A stretch of DNA of 64,000 bases from a virus (IMGVR_UViG_3300031994_000063), one strand, 5' to 3'; positions 37,320 through 46,678 are shown, numbered from the stretch's first letter. A program made the numbers and translations. Notes: generated from the letters alone by a model not told the origin.

Positions 37320-38681
37320 ATGAAGAAGTTATTGTTGATGGGTTTTGTAGCCCTTGCTTTCGCAAGTTGCGTAAGTGACAAATCAGTTGCCCCACAGACT
37401 CATAACCAAAAGTACGATGCTGCTTTTGAGAATCTTGTGGGTGGTAAAGTTAACGCCAATGTAAATTGGGGCTTCACTGATATGAATACCAATGTGGTAA
37501 AGGATAAAGATGATGCAAGTGTCTCTCGCCGTGCGCATAATGTAAATCGTAATGAGTGGGGTACTTCTTCTTGTGCTGTTAAAGTTCCTGTAAACGTTAC
37601 TCCCAATGAAAGACAGTTAGTTTATGACTATTTCAATGCAAAACGTGAGGGAGCTGTTAACAAGAATAACGTCATTTGGACTGACTACTTCATTTCTGAG
37701 GTATGGAAAGGTACGTCTACTTCTAAAGATGGAAATGGAAATGATGTATTAGGTTCTGACAAGATGAATCACTTGCAAGTTCTTAAGGGTGATGGCAGCA
37801 TTAACTCTGATGGTGCTTTAGTAGGAAACTGGGAGCACGCAAACGACTTCAATAACGGTAGCCACAACTCTTCATTTGGTACTATAGAAGGACATACATT
37901 TATGTATAATAGTGGTACATACGATTTTGCTTATCATAATACAGTGGATTCTAAATACCATAATGAATATATAATTATTCCTGGTTCTGAAATTGACCCC
38001 TCTTTAGCAGAATATTACTATGTTGGTTTCGATTTCTATGCTACACATCCAACAGGACAAGAGAATAATAAGAACATGGATGTTGAGCGCGACTGGTTCT
38101 TTACTGACTGGATTGTACGTATCAGTCCTGCGGAATATATGGATACTCAGCGTATTATGGTCGAAGACTTGATTGACAGCAATCTTAACAATGTTAATAT
38201 CAGTGACTGGGACTTTAACGATGCAGTATTCGATGTAGCTTTTACTACTAATTATGACGGCGAAAAAAAGAAGAATCTAGATTATGCTGTTATCACTCTG
38301 TGGGCAGCAGGTGGTACTAAGGCTCTGACTATAGGTGGTAGGGAAGTACACGAGTTGTTTGGCCAGTCAGTTTCTACCATGATTAACACCAATGCTAATG
38401 GTGGTGTAGATGGCTTGGCTCCTGTTCAATTCCGTATACTTCTTGGCGAGTCAACTTACGCTCCACATAATGCCCTTGAGGTTGTAACAAAGGTTAATTC
38501 TACAGAATTGGTAGCCAAGCAGGGTGAGTCAACTCAGAAATTTGCTGTTCCTGTTGGTACTCGTTGGATGAAAGAACGCAAATTAATAACAGTTACATAT
38601 ACAGAATTCTCTAATTATGTAAAGAATAATTCTCCGTTAGAGTGGTACAACACCGTTACCAATGCAAGCCTTCTGTATTAA
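37320..38681 (+). CDS. lipoprotein (453 aa)
   Basis: MKKLLLMGFVALAFASC lipobox. Asn/Gly-rich. Higher GC. Confidence 0.55.
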   Translation: MKKLLLMGFVALAFASCVSDKSVAPQTHNQKYDAAFENLVGGKVNANVNWGFTDMNTNVVKDKDDASVSRRAHNVNRNEWGTSSCAVKVPVNVTPNERQLVYDYFNAKREGAVNKNNVIWTDYFISEVWKGTSTSKDGNGNDVLGSDKMNHLQVLKGDGSINSDGALVGNWEHANDFNNGSHNSSFGTIEGHTFMYNSGTYDFAYHNTVDSKYHNEYIIIPGSEIDPSLAEYYYVGFDFYATHPTGQENNKNMDVERDWFFTDWIVRISPAEYMDTQRIMVEDLIDSNLNNVNISDWDFNDAVFDVAFTTNYDGEKKKNLDYAVITLWAAGGTKALTIGGREVHELFGQSVSTMINTNANGGVDGLAPVQFRILLGESTYAPHNALEVVTKVNSTELVAKQGESTQKFAVPVGTRWMKERKLITVTYTEFSNYVKNNSPLEWYNTVTNASLLY

Positions 38682-38780
38682 TTTGAGCCCATCAAATGCA
38701 ATCATAAACAATTTTTTCAAAATAGGGAAATATTTATTATATATTAAGAAAATAATATATTTTAATAGTGTAAGTAAGTA

Positions 38781-39368
38781 ATGTTTATAGGGTCTAATAA
38801 TTCATTAACATACCTTAGACCATCTACATGGTGGTCTAAGGCTTTCAAATGGTTTGGAAAATGCCAATCAGCAGACTACAAAGAGCAATATACATATTGT
38901 GGCGTGAGATTTTTTGATTTTCATCTATATGCTGATAATCATTGCCATGTCATTATAAAAAACGGAAAATATAAATATAATTTGTTTTCATTCTATGAAA
39001 CACTCAAATATCTCAATGATAAAGGTGATGTAACTCTTAATGTAGTTTTTGAAGCATCTTTATCTGATAAAGATAATGATACAGAATACAAAAGAATTGA
39101 AAAAAAATTCTCTGAAATATGTGGAATAATGGAAGTCATATACCCAAATATTAAATATATAGGTGGGTATAGGAAATATGATGGGGAAAAATTATATACC
39201 TTTAAGTATGAAGCGGAAAACGGAACTCCTAACATTATTGATATGAGCAATAACATTTGGCTTTACCGTTTTCTTCCAATCCTATCTAGTTTCAGAAATA
39301 GATACTACATCAAGAAATATGAGAATGAAAATGGTTTTCTTCTTTTAAATTTCGTTGATAGAAGATAA
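38781..39368 (+). CDS. hypothetical protein
   Basis: 195-aa ORF. No motifs recognised. Confidence 0.5.
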   Translation: MFIGSNNSLTYLRPSTWWSKAFKWFGKCQSADYKEQYTYCGVRFFDFHLYADNHCHVIIKNGKYKYNLFSFYETLKYLNDKGDVTLNVVFEASLSDKDNDTEYKRIEKKFSEICGIMEVIYPNIKYIGGYRKYDGEKLYTFKYEAENGTPNIIDMSNNIWLYRFLPILSSFRNRYYIKKYENENGFLLLNFVDRR

Positions 39369-39380
39369 AATCTCATAAAT

Positions 39381-39463
39381 AGTGGTATGGTAGAGTGGTC
39401 AATTGCGCTTCTCTCATAAGGAAGTTGGGAAACCTATCGCTGATTCGAATTCAGCTACCACTA
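39381..39463 (+). tRNA. tRNA(CAT) with long variable arm
   Basis: Acceptor agtggta/taccact. Anticodon stem cttct/ggaag with loop ctcataa. T-arm gctga-ttcgaat-tcagc. Confidence 0.5.
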
Positions 39464-39468
39464 CAAAG

Positions 39469-39560
39469 AAGCATACAGCAAGTATCTCTGTGGAGGAATG
39501 GTATACTCAATAGTCTGCAAAACTATTTTTTGTGGGTTCGAATCCCACCTTTAATGCTTC
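39469..39560 (+). ncRNA. hairpin-bounded element copy l with internal T-arm gtgggttcgaatcccac
   Basis: gaagcat acagcaag ... atgcttc. A terminator-like hairpin follows at 39574-39604. Confidence 0.45.
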
Positions 39561-40312
39561 TTGTTTTATATCAAAGCACTCAGAAATGGGTGCTTTTTTT
39601 CATTTTTAGATATTCATTAAGAACTGATTTATATCAATTAAAAGTGTAAAAATAACAATTTTACTTTGGAAATTTTGGGTATTAATTATATTTTTCATAT
39701 CTTTGCAATGTTGTAAATGATTAGTGTGTTCGCACACATATGATTGATTTACATCAAAATTAAGGGCATTTTTTGAAAATGGGTAAATGAAATGATTGTT
39801 TTTAAAAAATTATATAATATATATTATAGGAAGTGAGTGAATAATTGTTGATATAGAAAACTTGAAATTTAATCTTGGTTATGTAATCACTAGAAAGCAA
39901 AGAACAGTGAGTAACTTGAAAAAATAATAGGAAGAAGTGCAAAAGAAAGTTTCTCATCTGTAGGATTTATAAAGCTAGGGTATTATAAATGGTCTAAGTT
40001 GAATTTGGCTAATGAGTATTACAAAAACCTATATTGTTATTTTTCATATCTATATCAGATTGTTAAATTTAAATTGAAAGGGAAATAATTATGAAGAAGA
40101 TAGCAAATTTTCTACATGCTTGGCTTAACAACTATGCTAGCATGACTCCCACTGGAATGATTCCATTGGTGTAATGACAGCTTGGGAAGTTTTGCCCTAG
40201 CCAAACGAAAGCAACAGTAAGTGCAGCGGAATTGTTAGGGGTTTAGACCCTTTAACAGTTCCTAAAAAAAAAAGAAGTAAGTAAATAAGTAAGTGTAAAA
40301 AGGGAAATAATT

Positions 40313-40702
40313 ATGAAGAAGTTTTTTTTAATGATGGTGATGATGTTCACCATGAGTGTGTATTCATTTGCAGAGGATAACAATGCAACTAAGTTAACAA
40401 ATACTGAAAAGTATGAGTTGAAAGTAAATCATCGTAGATTGGCATGTGTGCTAGATATGTCAAAAGACCAGATGGAAATGTCGGATGAAATAATCTCAGA
40501 ACTTGAGAGAGATATGGTTTTTGCATCTTGCATGGATACAGAAGAAAGCAGTGAGAAAATCGTTGCAAACGCAGTTAAGAAGAATATCAGATATATGTCT
40601 TATATCTTGAATGATAAGCAATATCGTAAGTATTTGATGCTTCTTAATCTTACATTAGAGCATAGAGGTTTTGATGTTTATAATATAAACAAAATTAAGT
40701 AA
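40313..40702 (+). CDS. secreted small protein
   Basis: MKKFFLMMVMMFTMSVYSFA signal peptide. Preceded by the leader aagggaaataattATGAAGAAG, which is shared by two neighbouring micro-ORFs. Confidence 0.5.
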   Translation: MKKFFLMMVMMFTMSVYSFAEDNNATKLTNTEKYELKVNHRRLACVLDMSKDQMEMSDEIISELERDMVFASCMDTEESSEKIVANAVKKNIRYMSYILNDKQYRKYLMLLNLTLEHRGFDVYNINKIK

Positions 40703-40926
40703 GTGAAGAAAGGGAAATAATTATGAAAACAATTGGTAATTTAGCTAAGAAAGCAATTAAATGGTATTTTGACAAGTATGCACAGTGTTATAACGAAAGT
40801 TATTATAAATATGCATATAGACTCTATTAATAAATTGAATAAAAGTTGGTGCTTCTGCATCAACTTTTTGTTTTTTTAACGGTTTTATTTTGGATATTCA
40901 ATTTTTTTTTAGTATCTTTGCATTGT

Positions 40927-41427
40927 ATGGGAAAATTAAAATGGCATGGAAATGTACGCAAGAAGTTAACAGAAAATGATAAAATTGAGTTTTTAACGAA
41001 ACAACTTATTCTTGCGAATAACAAAAAGTTTAAATTGTCTCATTTTTATGTTGAAAAAAAATGGTACGCTTTCTTAAAAAAAAGAAAATTATTCCAAAAA
41101 TACGTCAATATAATAAATGAAATGTGCCAAAGAAGGGGGTTTAGCAGTAGTTATTTTGGTTTAGCATACGCTGGCAAAATCAAAAAAATATGCCGATGCA
41201 TAGATGAATTCATAAGTGGTAATGTAGCATATCGTTGGTGGCAAAACTTATATGATGATTTTATGTTTGAAGAAAATAAAATAAATATAAACCATATTAT
41301 GAGTGCTAGGCTGTATATGACTGATAAAAAAGAGGAACGTCATTCTACATACATAGGAAGCAGTAAACTAGAGAAAAGTATATATGATACGTTAGTGGAC
41401 GGTTTCTTTAAACTATTTACGAGATAA
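40927..41427 (+). CDS. hypothetical protein (start set after promoter)
   Basis: Promoter ttttggatattcaatttttttttagtatctttgcattg lies inside the table ORF. ATG at 40927 (MGKLKWH...). Confidence 0.5.
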   Translation: MGKLKWHGNVRKKLTENDKIEFLTKQLILANNKKFKLSHFYVEKKWYAFLKKRKLFQKYVNIINEMCQRRGFSSSYFGLAYAGKIKKICRCIDEFISGNVAYRWWQNLYDDFMFEENKININHIMSARLYMTDKKEERHSTYIGSSKLEKSIYDTLVDGFFKLFTR

Positions 41428-41900
41428 TGGAATACCCAGAATTATATTTAGATTGGATAGAATATCTGCATGAAAAAAAAATATATGGAGCATGGAAAAA
41501 CGACTTATCGTTATGTGCGTATGCATGTAAAAACGCTCCTAATCCAAGGCGCTATATTTTTGGCTTATGCGGAAAATCTGACTACATAGACACAATTATC
41601 AATTCATTTGGCGTAGCAAACGATAAAGGTCTTAGATATATAATAGATAGTATTGTTCGTGATTTAAAATGGACTATTGCTTATTACAGTTCATCAAAAA
41701 TAGATTGGTTTCAAATATATCATAATTTTTATACTTTAAGGCATCCACCAATTACATTATCTAGAAAGTTATCCAAAAAACTTTATAGGGCTAACAACAA
41801 AATAAGCAGTTGCTATCACTCAAGAGAAAAAGAAGAACAACCTTGGTATGATAAAAGCTACGAAAAAAATAAATATAATAAAAAAGCATGGAGAAAATGA
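41427..41900 (+). CDS. hypothetical protein
   Basis: 157 aa. ATGA overlap with the upstream gene. Confidence 0.5.
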   Translation: MEYPELYLDWIEYLHEKKIYGAWKNDLSLCAYACKNAPNPRRYIFGLCGKSDYIDTIINSFGVANDKGLRYIIDSIVRDLKWTIAYYSSSKIDWFQIYHNFYTLRHPPITLSRKLSKKLYRANNKISSCYHSREKEEQPWYDKSYEKNKYNKKAWRK

Positions 41901-42481
41901 CAAATCGTCCTTGTCTGGACATGAATAAACTTATCGAAGGTATAAGAGAAATTTGTGAAAATAGCGGTATTAATGAAGAAGCGTTCTTGGAACTTATCAA
42001 TAAATGTTTTATTGGTTGGTTTAGCCGTTCAATGGCAACAGCTCTATTTGCATTTTGTAAGGATGAAGAAGGCGATTGGTGCGTCCTAGCATCAGAGCGT
42101 GGAGAAGAGGCTGCTGATTTCAGAGGTATGTGGAATTGCACTTGTGGTTATCTTGATTATGATGAAACCACCAAAGAATGTGCTGTGCGTGAGTGTTTTG
42201 AGGAAACTGGAGTTAAACTCCCAATTGAAAGCCTCATTTTTATTGGATATGAGGACGACCCAGTTAAAGCAAATAGGCAGAACGTTACTTTCCGTTTTGC
42301 TGCCAAAATAGAAGACCGCATTACATCTGATTTTAAATTCTCTAAAGAACATAATGAAGGTAAAGAGGTGGGCAAGATTGCTTGGGTTAAGGTCAAGGAC
42401 ATTGATAATTATGAATGGGCTTTTAATCATAAGAATCGTATAGTAGAAATTTTCAATCAAGTGATAAATGAACATAATTAA
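41888..42481 (+). CDS. NUDIX hydrolase
   Basis: GGYLDYDETTKECAVRECFEETGV matches the Nudix box Gx5Ex7REUxEExGU. Confidence 0.75.
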   Translation: MEKMTNRPCLDMNKLIEGIREICENSGINEEAFLELINKCFIGWFSRSMATALFAFCKDEEGDWCVLASERGEEAADFRGMWNCTCGYLDYDETTKECAVRECFEETGVKLPIESLIFIGYEDDPVKANRQNVTFRFAAKIEDRITSDFKFSKEHNEGKEVGKIAWVKVKDIDNYEWAFNHKNRIVEIFNQVINEHN

Positions 42482-42803
42482 CTTACTGAATAATTCAACT
42501 AGTAAAAATAAGCCAAAAAGCGTTAGCAAATTCTATAAAAAATGGTTACATTGGCTTAAGACTCATAAACTATTCGATGAATATATGATTTATATGGATA
42601 ATGTGTTTATGAATAGAGAAACATATCCAGTGGCTGACGATTATGATACGTTGTACAATTTGACTAAGAGTTTGCAAGACTATGGAAGAATATATGTTGG
42701 CAATACTAGCATAAGTATAATGTGGTATATTGAATTCATCAGTTTTGTGCGTGATACTGTACGTTGGTGGGATTTTTGCACAAAATTGAAATTTCTAGCG
42801 TAA
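42468..42803 (+). CDS. hypothetical protein
   Basis: 111-aa ORF. No motifs recognised. Confidence 0.45.
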   Translation: MNIINLLNNSTSKNKPKSVSKFYKKWLHWLKTHKLFDEYMIYMDNVFMNRETYPVADDYDTLYNLTKSLQDYGRIYVGNTSISIMWYIEFISFVRDTVRWWDFCTKLKFLA

Positions 42804-42907
42804 AAATTTGGATAATAAAAAAAATATTTATATCTTTGCACAAATTTCAAAAAGATGATATTTATTTTAATTAAATAATAATTTTAAAAATTAAAAAAAA
42901 ATTAGAA

Positions 42908-43087
42908 ATGAAAAAGTTAGTATTTTTTGTTATGGCTAGCGTTGCCATGACATTTGCAGCTTGCGGTGGTCAGACTGCATCAGAACAGAATGCAAATGAC
43001 TCTGACAGTGTTGCAGTAGTTGACTCACTTGCTGGTGACAGCCTTGTAGTTGATTCGCTTGTACCTGACAGTGCAGTTGCAGAGTAA
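42908..43087 (+). CDS. small lipoprotein (59 aa)
   Basis: MKKLVFFVMASVAMTFAACGG. Consensus promoter upstream and terminator downstream. Confidence 0.5.
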   Translation: MKKLVFFVMASVAMTFAACGGQTASEQNANDSDSVAVVDSLAGDSLVVDSLVPDSAVAE

Positions 43088-43112
43088 ACTAAAAAACAGT
43101 TTAGTAAGTAAC

Positions 43113-43166
43113 AACGCTAGATGATAATTTCCGTAACTATCCATCTAGCGTTTATTTTTTTTTTTA
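43113..43166 (+). terminator. rho-independent terminator
   Basis: aacgctagatg ... catctagcgtt followed by a ~13-nt T-tract. Confidence 0.6.
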
Positions 43167-43262
43167 TGCATTATGAAAATTATTTGCAAACGTGGAGAAA
43201 AGGATTATTAATATTTATATTTTTCATAGTAATCTGATATTTATAATAAAATATTCATTATT

Positions 43263-44450
43263 ATGAAAAAATTAACGACATATGAGTTTATTGAAAAAGC
43301 CAAGAAAGTCCACGGAGATAAATATGATTATTCAAAAGTTGAATATGTTAACAGTAGAACAAAAATTTGCATTATTTGCCCACAACACGGAGAGTTTTGG
43401 CAAACCCCAAATGCGCATTTAATGAAAGAAGGGTGTCCTAAATGTAAGGGCGAAAACGTATCAAAAGAAAATAGATGCACAACAAATGAATTTATTGAGA
43501 AAGCAAAAAAGGTTCATGGAGATAAGTATGATTACTCAAAGGTAGATTACAAAAATAATAGTACAAAGGTTTGCATTATATGCCCTATTCATGGCGAGTT
43601 TTGGCAAACACCAAACTCGCATTTAAATGGGTGCGGATGCCCAAAATGCGGTATAGAAACAATAAGGAAAAATAACATTGGGAAGAAAAGAAATGGCGGT
43701 AAAACAGCATTAAGCATTGATAGTTTTATTGAGAAAGCAAAAAAGGTTCATGGAGATAAGTATGATTACTCAAAAGTGAAATATACCAACAACAAAACCA
43801 AAGTTTGCATAGTTTGTCCCATTCATGGCGAGTTTTGGCAAACCCCAAATGCACACTTATTGGGTTTTGGGTGCTATAGATGTGGTCGTGAATCTATGTC
43901 CACAAAGCAGACAAAAAACACTGAAATTTTTATAGAAGAGGCAAAAAAGGTTCATGGGAATAAATATGATTATTCAAAAGTGAAATATACAATTGGAAAT
44001 AAAAAAGTGACCATTATATGTCCTATTCACGGTGAGTATTTTCAAAGACCATATAATCACCTACGAGGTCAAGGATGTCCTTACTGTAATGAAAGCAGCT
44101 TAGAAAAAGAAATTAATGACATTTTATGCGAACACAATATAAACTTCATAAAACAATGTAAAAAAGATACTTTTGGGTGGTTAGGTAAACAAAGTTTGGA
44201 TTTTTATTTACCAGAATATAATATTGCTATTGAATGCCAAGGGGTACAGCATTTCGGACCGTATGCTTTTTTTGGTGGCGATAAAGGATTTTATAAACAA
44301 ATTGAAAGAGATTATAAAAAATTAAAAAAATGTATTGAGCATAATATAAAAGTATTGTATTATACAAATCCATCATTTGACACATTATATGAAGTTATAA
44401 CAGATAAAGAAGAATTAATAAAAATAATAACAAATGAAAATTATAAGTAA
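43263..44450 (+). CDS. homing-endonuclease-like protein: 4 tandem Zn-binding modules plus Vsr/DUF559-like PD-(D/E)xK nuclease domain
   Basis: Four ~75-aa repeats (KVHGDKYDYSKV..ICPIHGEFWQTPN.HL.GCPKC). C-terminal LDFYLPEYNIAIECQGVQHF ... DYKKLKKCIEHNIKVLYY matches the DUF559/Vsr core. Confidence 0.55.
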   Translation: MKKLTTYEFIEKAKKVHGDKYDYSKVEYVNSRTKICIICPQHGEFWQTPNAHLMKEGCPKCKGENVSKENRCTTNEFIEKAKKVHGDKYDYSKVDYKNNSTKVCIICPIHGEFWQTPNSHLNGCGCPKCGIETIRKNNIGKKRNGGKTALSIDSFIEKAKKVHGDKYDYSKVKYTNNKTKVCIVCPIHGEFWQTPNAHLLGFGCYRCGRESMSTKQTKNTEIFIEEAKKVHGNKYDYSKVKYTIGNKKVTIICPIHGEYFQRPYNHLRGQGCPYCNESSLEKEINDILCEHNINFIKQCKKDTFGWLGKQSLDFYLPEYNIAIECQGVQHFGPYAFFGGDKGFYKQIERDYKKLKKCIEHNIKVLYYTNPSFDTLYEVITDKEELIKIITNENYK

Positions 44451-45072
44451 AATTCGTGATTATTATGATTATCTCCAAAATTATTTTGGTATTGATGAAT
44501 TAGTTGTATATGACAGAAGGAAATCATATCCAATTGATTTGAATAATTTTTATATTGGTTACGGTCTTGATAACATTTTCAAAAAAGAAAAAGATAAGGC
44601 ATATGATATAAAGCGTAGATTGGTTAAAGGGTATGGAATCAAAGTTCCAGTTATGGAAGGAAGAATTTTTTATTTTGTTGTAGAAAGTGGGTATTATCAT
44701 TATTTTTTTAAGATTGAACGGTATCTTGATGATAATGATAAAGTGATTTTAGAGCCGCAACTAATCGAAAAAAAGAAAATTGGCAAAGAACAGAGATTAA
44801 GTGATTGCCCTTTATCTATTTGCACTGATGTGTTATATGCTAGATATAGAGGCACTTTTTCTGTTAGTAAAGATTCAAGAAATGTTGTTGAAAATCCGAT
44901 ATTAAAAAATACATATATTCCTAAATTCATTGATGCAAGAGAAATGTGGAATAATCTTTATGAATACATATCTTCTCTAAGAGATAAAGAATTTGAAGAT
45001 ACAAGAACTAACGACCAACACATAGAATCGCATGGCTTCGACAAAAAAATCAGTTTCAGACATAGAAAATAG
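44434..45072 (+). CDS. hypothetical protein with C-terminal tail SHGFDKKISFRHRK
   Basis: 212 aa. C-terminal motif shared with ORF 20234-20857. Confidence 0.5.
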   Translation: MKIISKIRDYYDYLQNYFGIDELVVYDRRKSYPIDLNNFYIGYGLDNIFKKEKDKAYDIKRRLVKGYGIKVPVMEGRIFYFVVESGYYHYFFKIERYLDDNDKVILEPQLIEKKKIGKEQRLSDCPLSICTDVLYARYRGTFSVSKDSRNVVENPILKNTYIPKFIDAREMWNNLYEYISSLRDKEFEDTRTNDQHIESHGFDKKISFRHRK

Positions 45073-45799
45073 AATCGGGACCACGGAATCAGGTGAAATC
45101 GCTTATAACCTAGATGCTTTTGATAGATTGTATAAAGGTAATATAATCATCACAAAAAGGTTAACCGATAAATTGATAGAAAAACTTATCGAGTATAAAG
45201 ATAAGATAATATTACATTGCTGCGTAACTGGCATGGGTTCAACTCGTATTGAGCCGTTTGTTCCTAATCCGCAAGCAACTCTAGAAAAGTTACAAAAATT
45301 GATTGATGGCGGCTTTCCAACAGACCACATAGTATTAAGGGTTGACCCAATAGTTCCAACTATTAAAGGGTTAAACACTGCTACAAGCGTTTTAAGGCTC
45401 TTTAGAGGGCTTGGGATTAAAAGGGTAAGGATTTCCTTCTTGGACAATTATAAACACGTCAGAGAGCGTTTTAAAGAAATTGGGGTCGAATTATATAATG
45501 GTGAATTTCATGCCCCACTAAAAGAAAGACTCAAATATTTGACTGCTATCAAATATTGTGCTGAAGAATGCGGTTATGAATCTGTTGAAGCTTGTGGCGA
45601 ACCTGGAATTGAAAGTATACCTTGTCTTTCTCAGAAAGATATTGATATTTTAGGTCTTACTGATGAAATTGTGCTAGAAGGAAGTAAAGGACAACGAAAC
45701 AGTTGTCATTGTCCTAGTAATAAAAAAGAATTATTAAAAATAAAGCCGCGTAAATGCAACAATGGCTGTTTATATTGCTACTGGAAAGATGAAAATTGA
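45032..45799 (+). CDS. hypothetical protein with C-terminal CxxxCxxC cysteine cluster
   Basis: 255 aa. RKCNNGCLYCYWK at the extreme C-terminus. HCCVTGMG earlier. Confidence 0.45.
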   Translation: MASTKKSVSDIENRIGTTESGEIAYNLDAFDRLYKGNIIITKRLTDKLIEKLIEYKDKIILHCCVTGMGSTRIEPFVPNPQATLEKLQKLIDGGFPTDHIVLRVDPIVPTIKGLNTATSVLRLFRGLGIKRVRISFLDNYKHVRERFKEIGVELYNGEFHAPLKERLKYLTAIKYCAEECGYESVEACGEPGIESIPCLSQKDIDILGLTDEIVLEGSKGQRNSCHCPSNKKELLKIKPRKCNNGCLYCYWKDEN

Positions 45800-46094
45800 A
45801 ATTGAATTAGAAGATTGGAAATGCGAAGAAATTATTGCAATGAATCATTTTGCCGTTGAAGAGGTTACTGCGTATTATTCATATGATATAAATCCATATG
45901 GAAATATCTCTACGAGCGATAACTTGAAGCCAATAAAAATAAAAATTGCATATCCAATTGATGAAAAACCAATAGAATTGGAAAAAAAATATCCAATGTT
46001 AGCAAATTTGGAGAAACATAAATATGAAAAAGTTGTAAACAAACTTTTTAGCAAAATGTTATGGTATACGATTTTAGATGTTAAAATACATTAA
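45762..46094 (+). CDS. hypothetical protein
   Basis: 110-aa ORF. No motifs recognised. Confidence 0.45.
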   Translation: MAVYIATGKMKIEIELEDWKCEEIIAMNHFAVEEVTAYYSYDINPYGNISTSDNLKPIKIKIAYPIDEKPIELEKKYPMLANLEKHKYEKVVNKLFSKMLWYTILDVKIH

Positions 46095-46168
46095 AATGTG
46101 GGTTCATTATTTGAACTCTCATTTTTTTTTTATACCTTTGCACCAAATTACTTAATTTATTAAGACTT

Positions 46169-46678
46169 ATGTTTAAAATAATTGCATGTATTAACCAAAA
46201 AAGAGCATTGGGAAAGGATGGAAAACTTCTTTACCACATTGGCAATGACCTTGCTAATTTCAAACGTATGACAGTTGGTAATGTTGTCATTATGGGTAGA
46301 AAAACTTTCGAATCCCTTCCCAATGGTGAGCCTCTGAAGGATAGAATAAACATTATTCTTACGACTTCTAGAGATTTTGGAGTAAGTGGGGAATATGATA
46401 ACGTATACATTGTAAACTCAATTGATGACGTTATCGAATTATGTGACGCTTTTTTCTCTGACAAAGAGTTATTTGTAATTGGTGGTGGAGAGATATACCG
46501 TCAGTTTATGGAGAGAAACCTTATCAATGAGTTAAGACTAACTATTGTGGAAGATGACAATGATGGAGATACAATCTTTCCAGAGTTTGACGAAAAAGAA
46601 TGGAGAACCTATTACAAATCAATGTTGCAAGGTAATGGAACTCAATTCTGCTTTCATGTTTTAAAGAAGAACGACTAA
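46169..46678 (+). CDS. folA: dihydrofolate reductase
   Basis: IIACINQKRALGKDGKLLYHIGNDLANFKRMTVGNVVIMGRKTFESL and FVIGGGEIYRQF align with the DHFR signature. Confidence 0.85.
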   Translation: MFKIIACINQKRALGKDGKLLYHIGNDLANFKRMTVGNVVIMGRKTFESLPNGEPLKDRINIILTTSRDFGVSGEYDNVYIVNSIDDVIELCDAFFSDKELFVIGGGEIYRQFMERNLINELRLTIVEDDNDGDTIFPEFDEKEWRTYYKSMLQGNGTQFCFHVLKKND

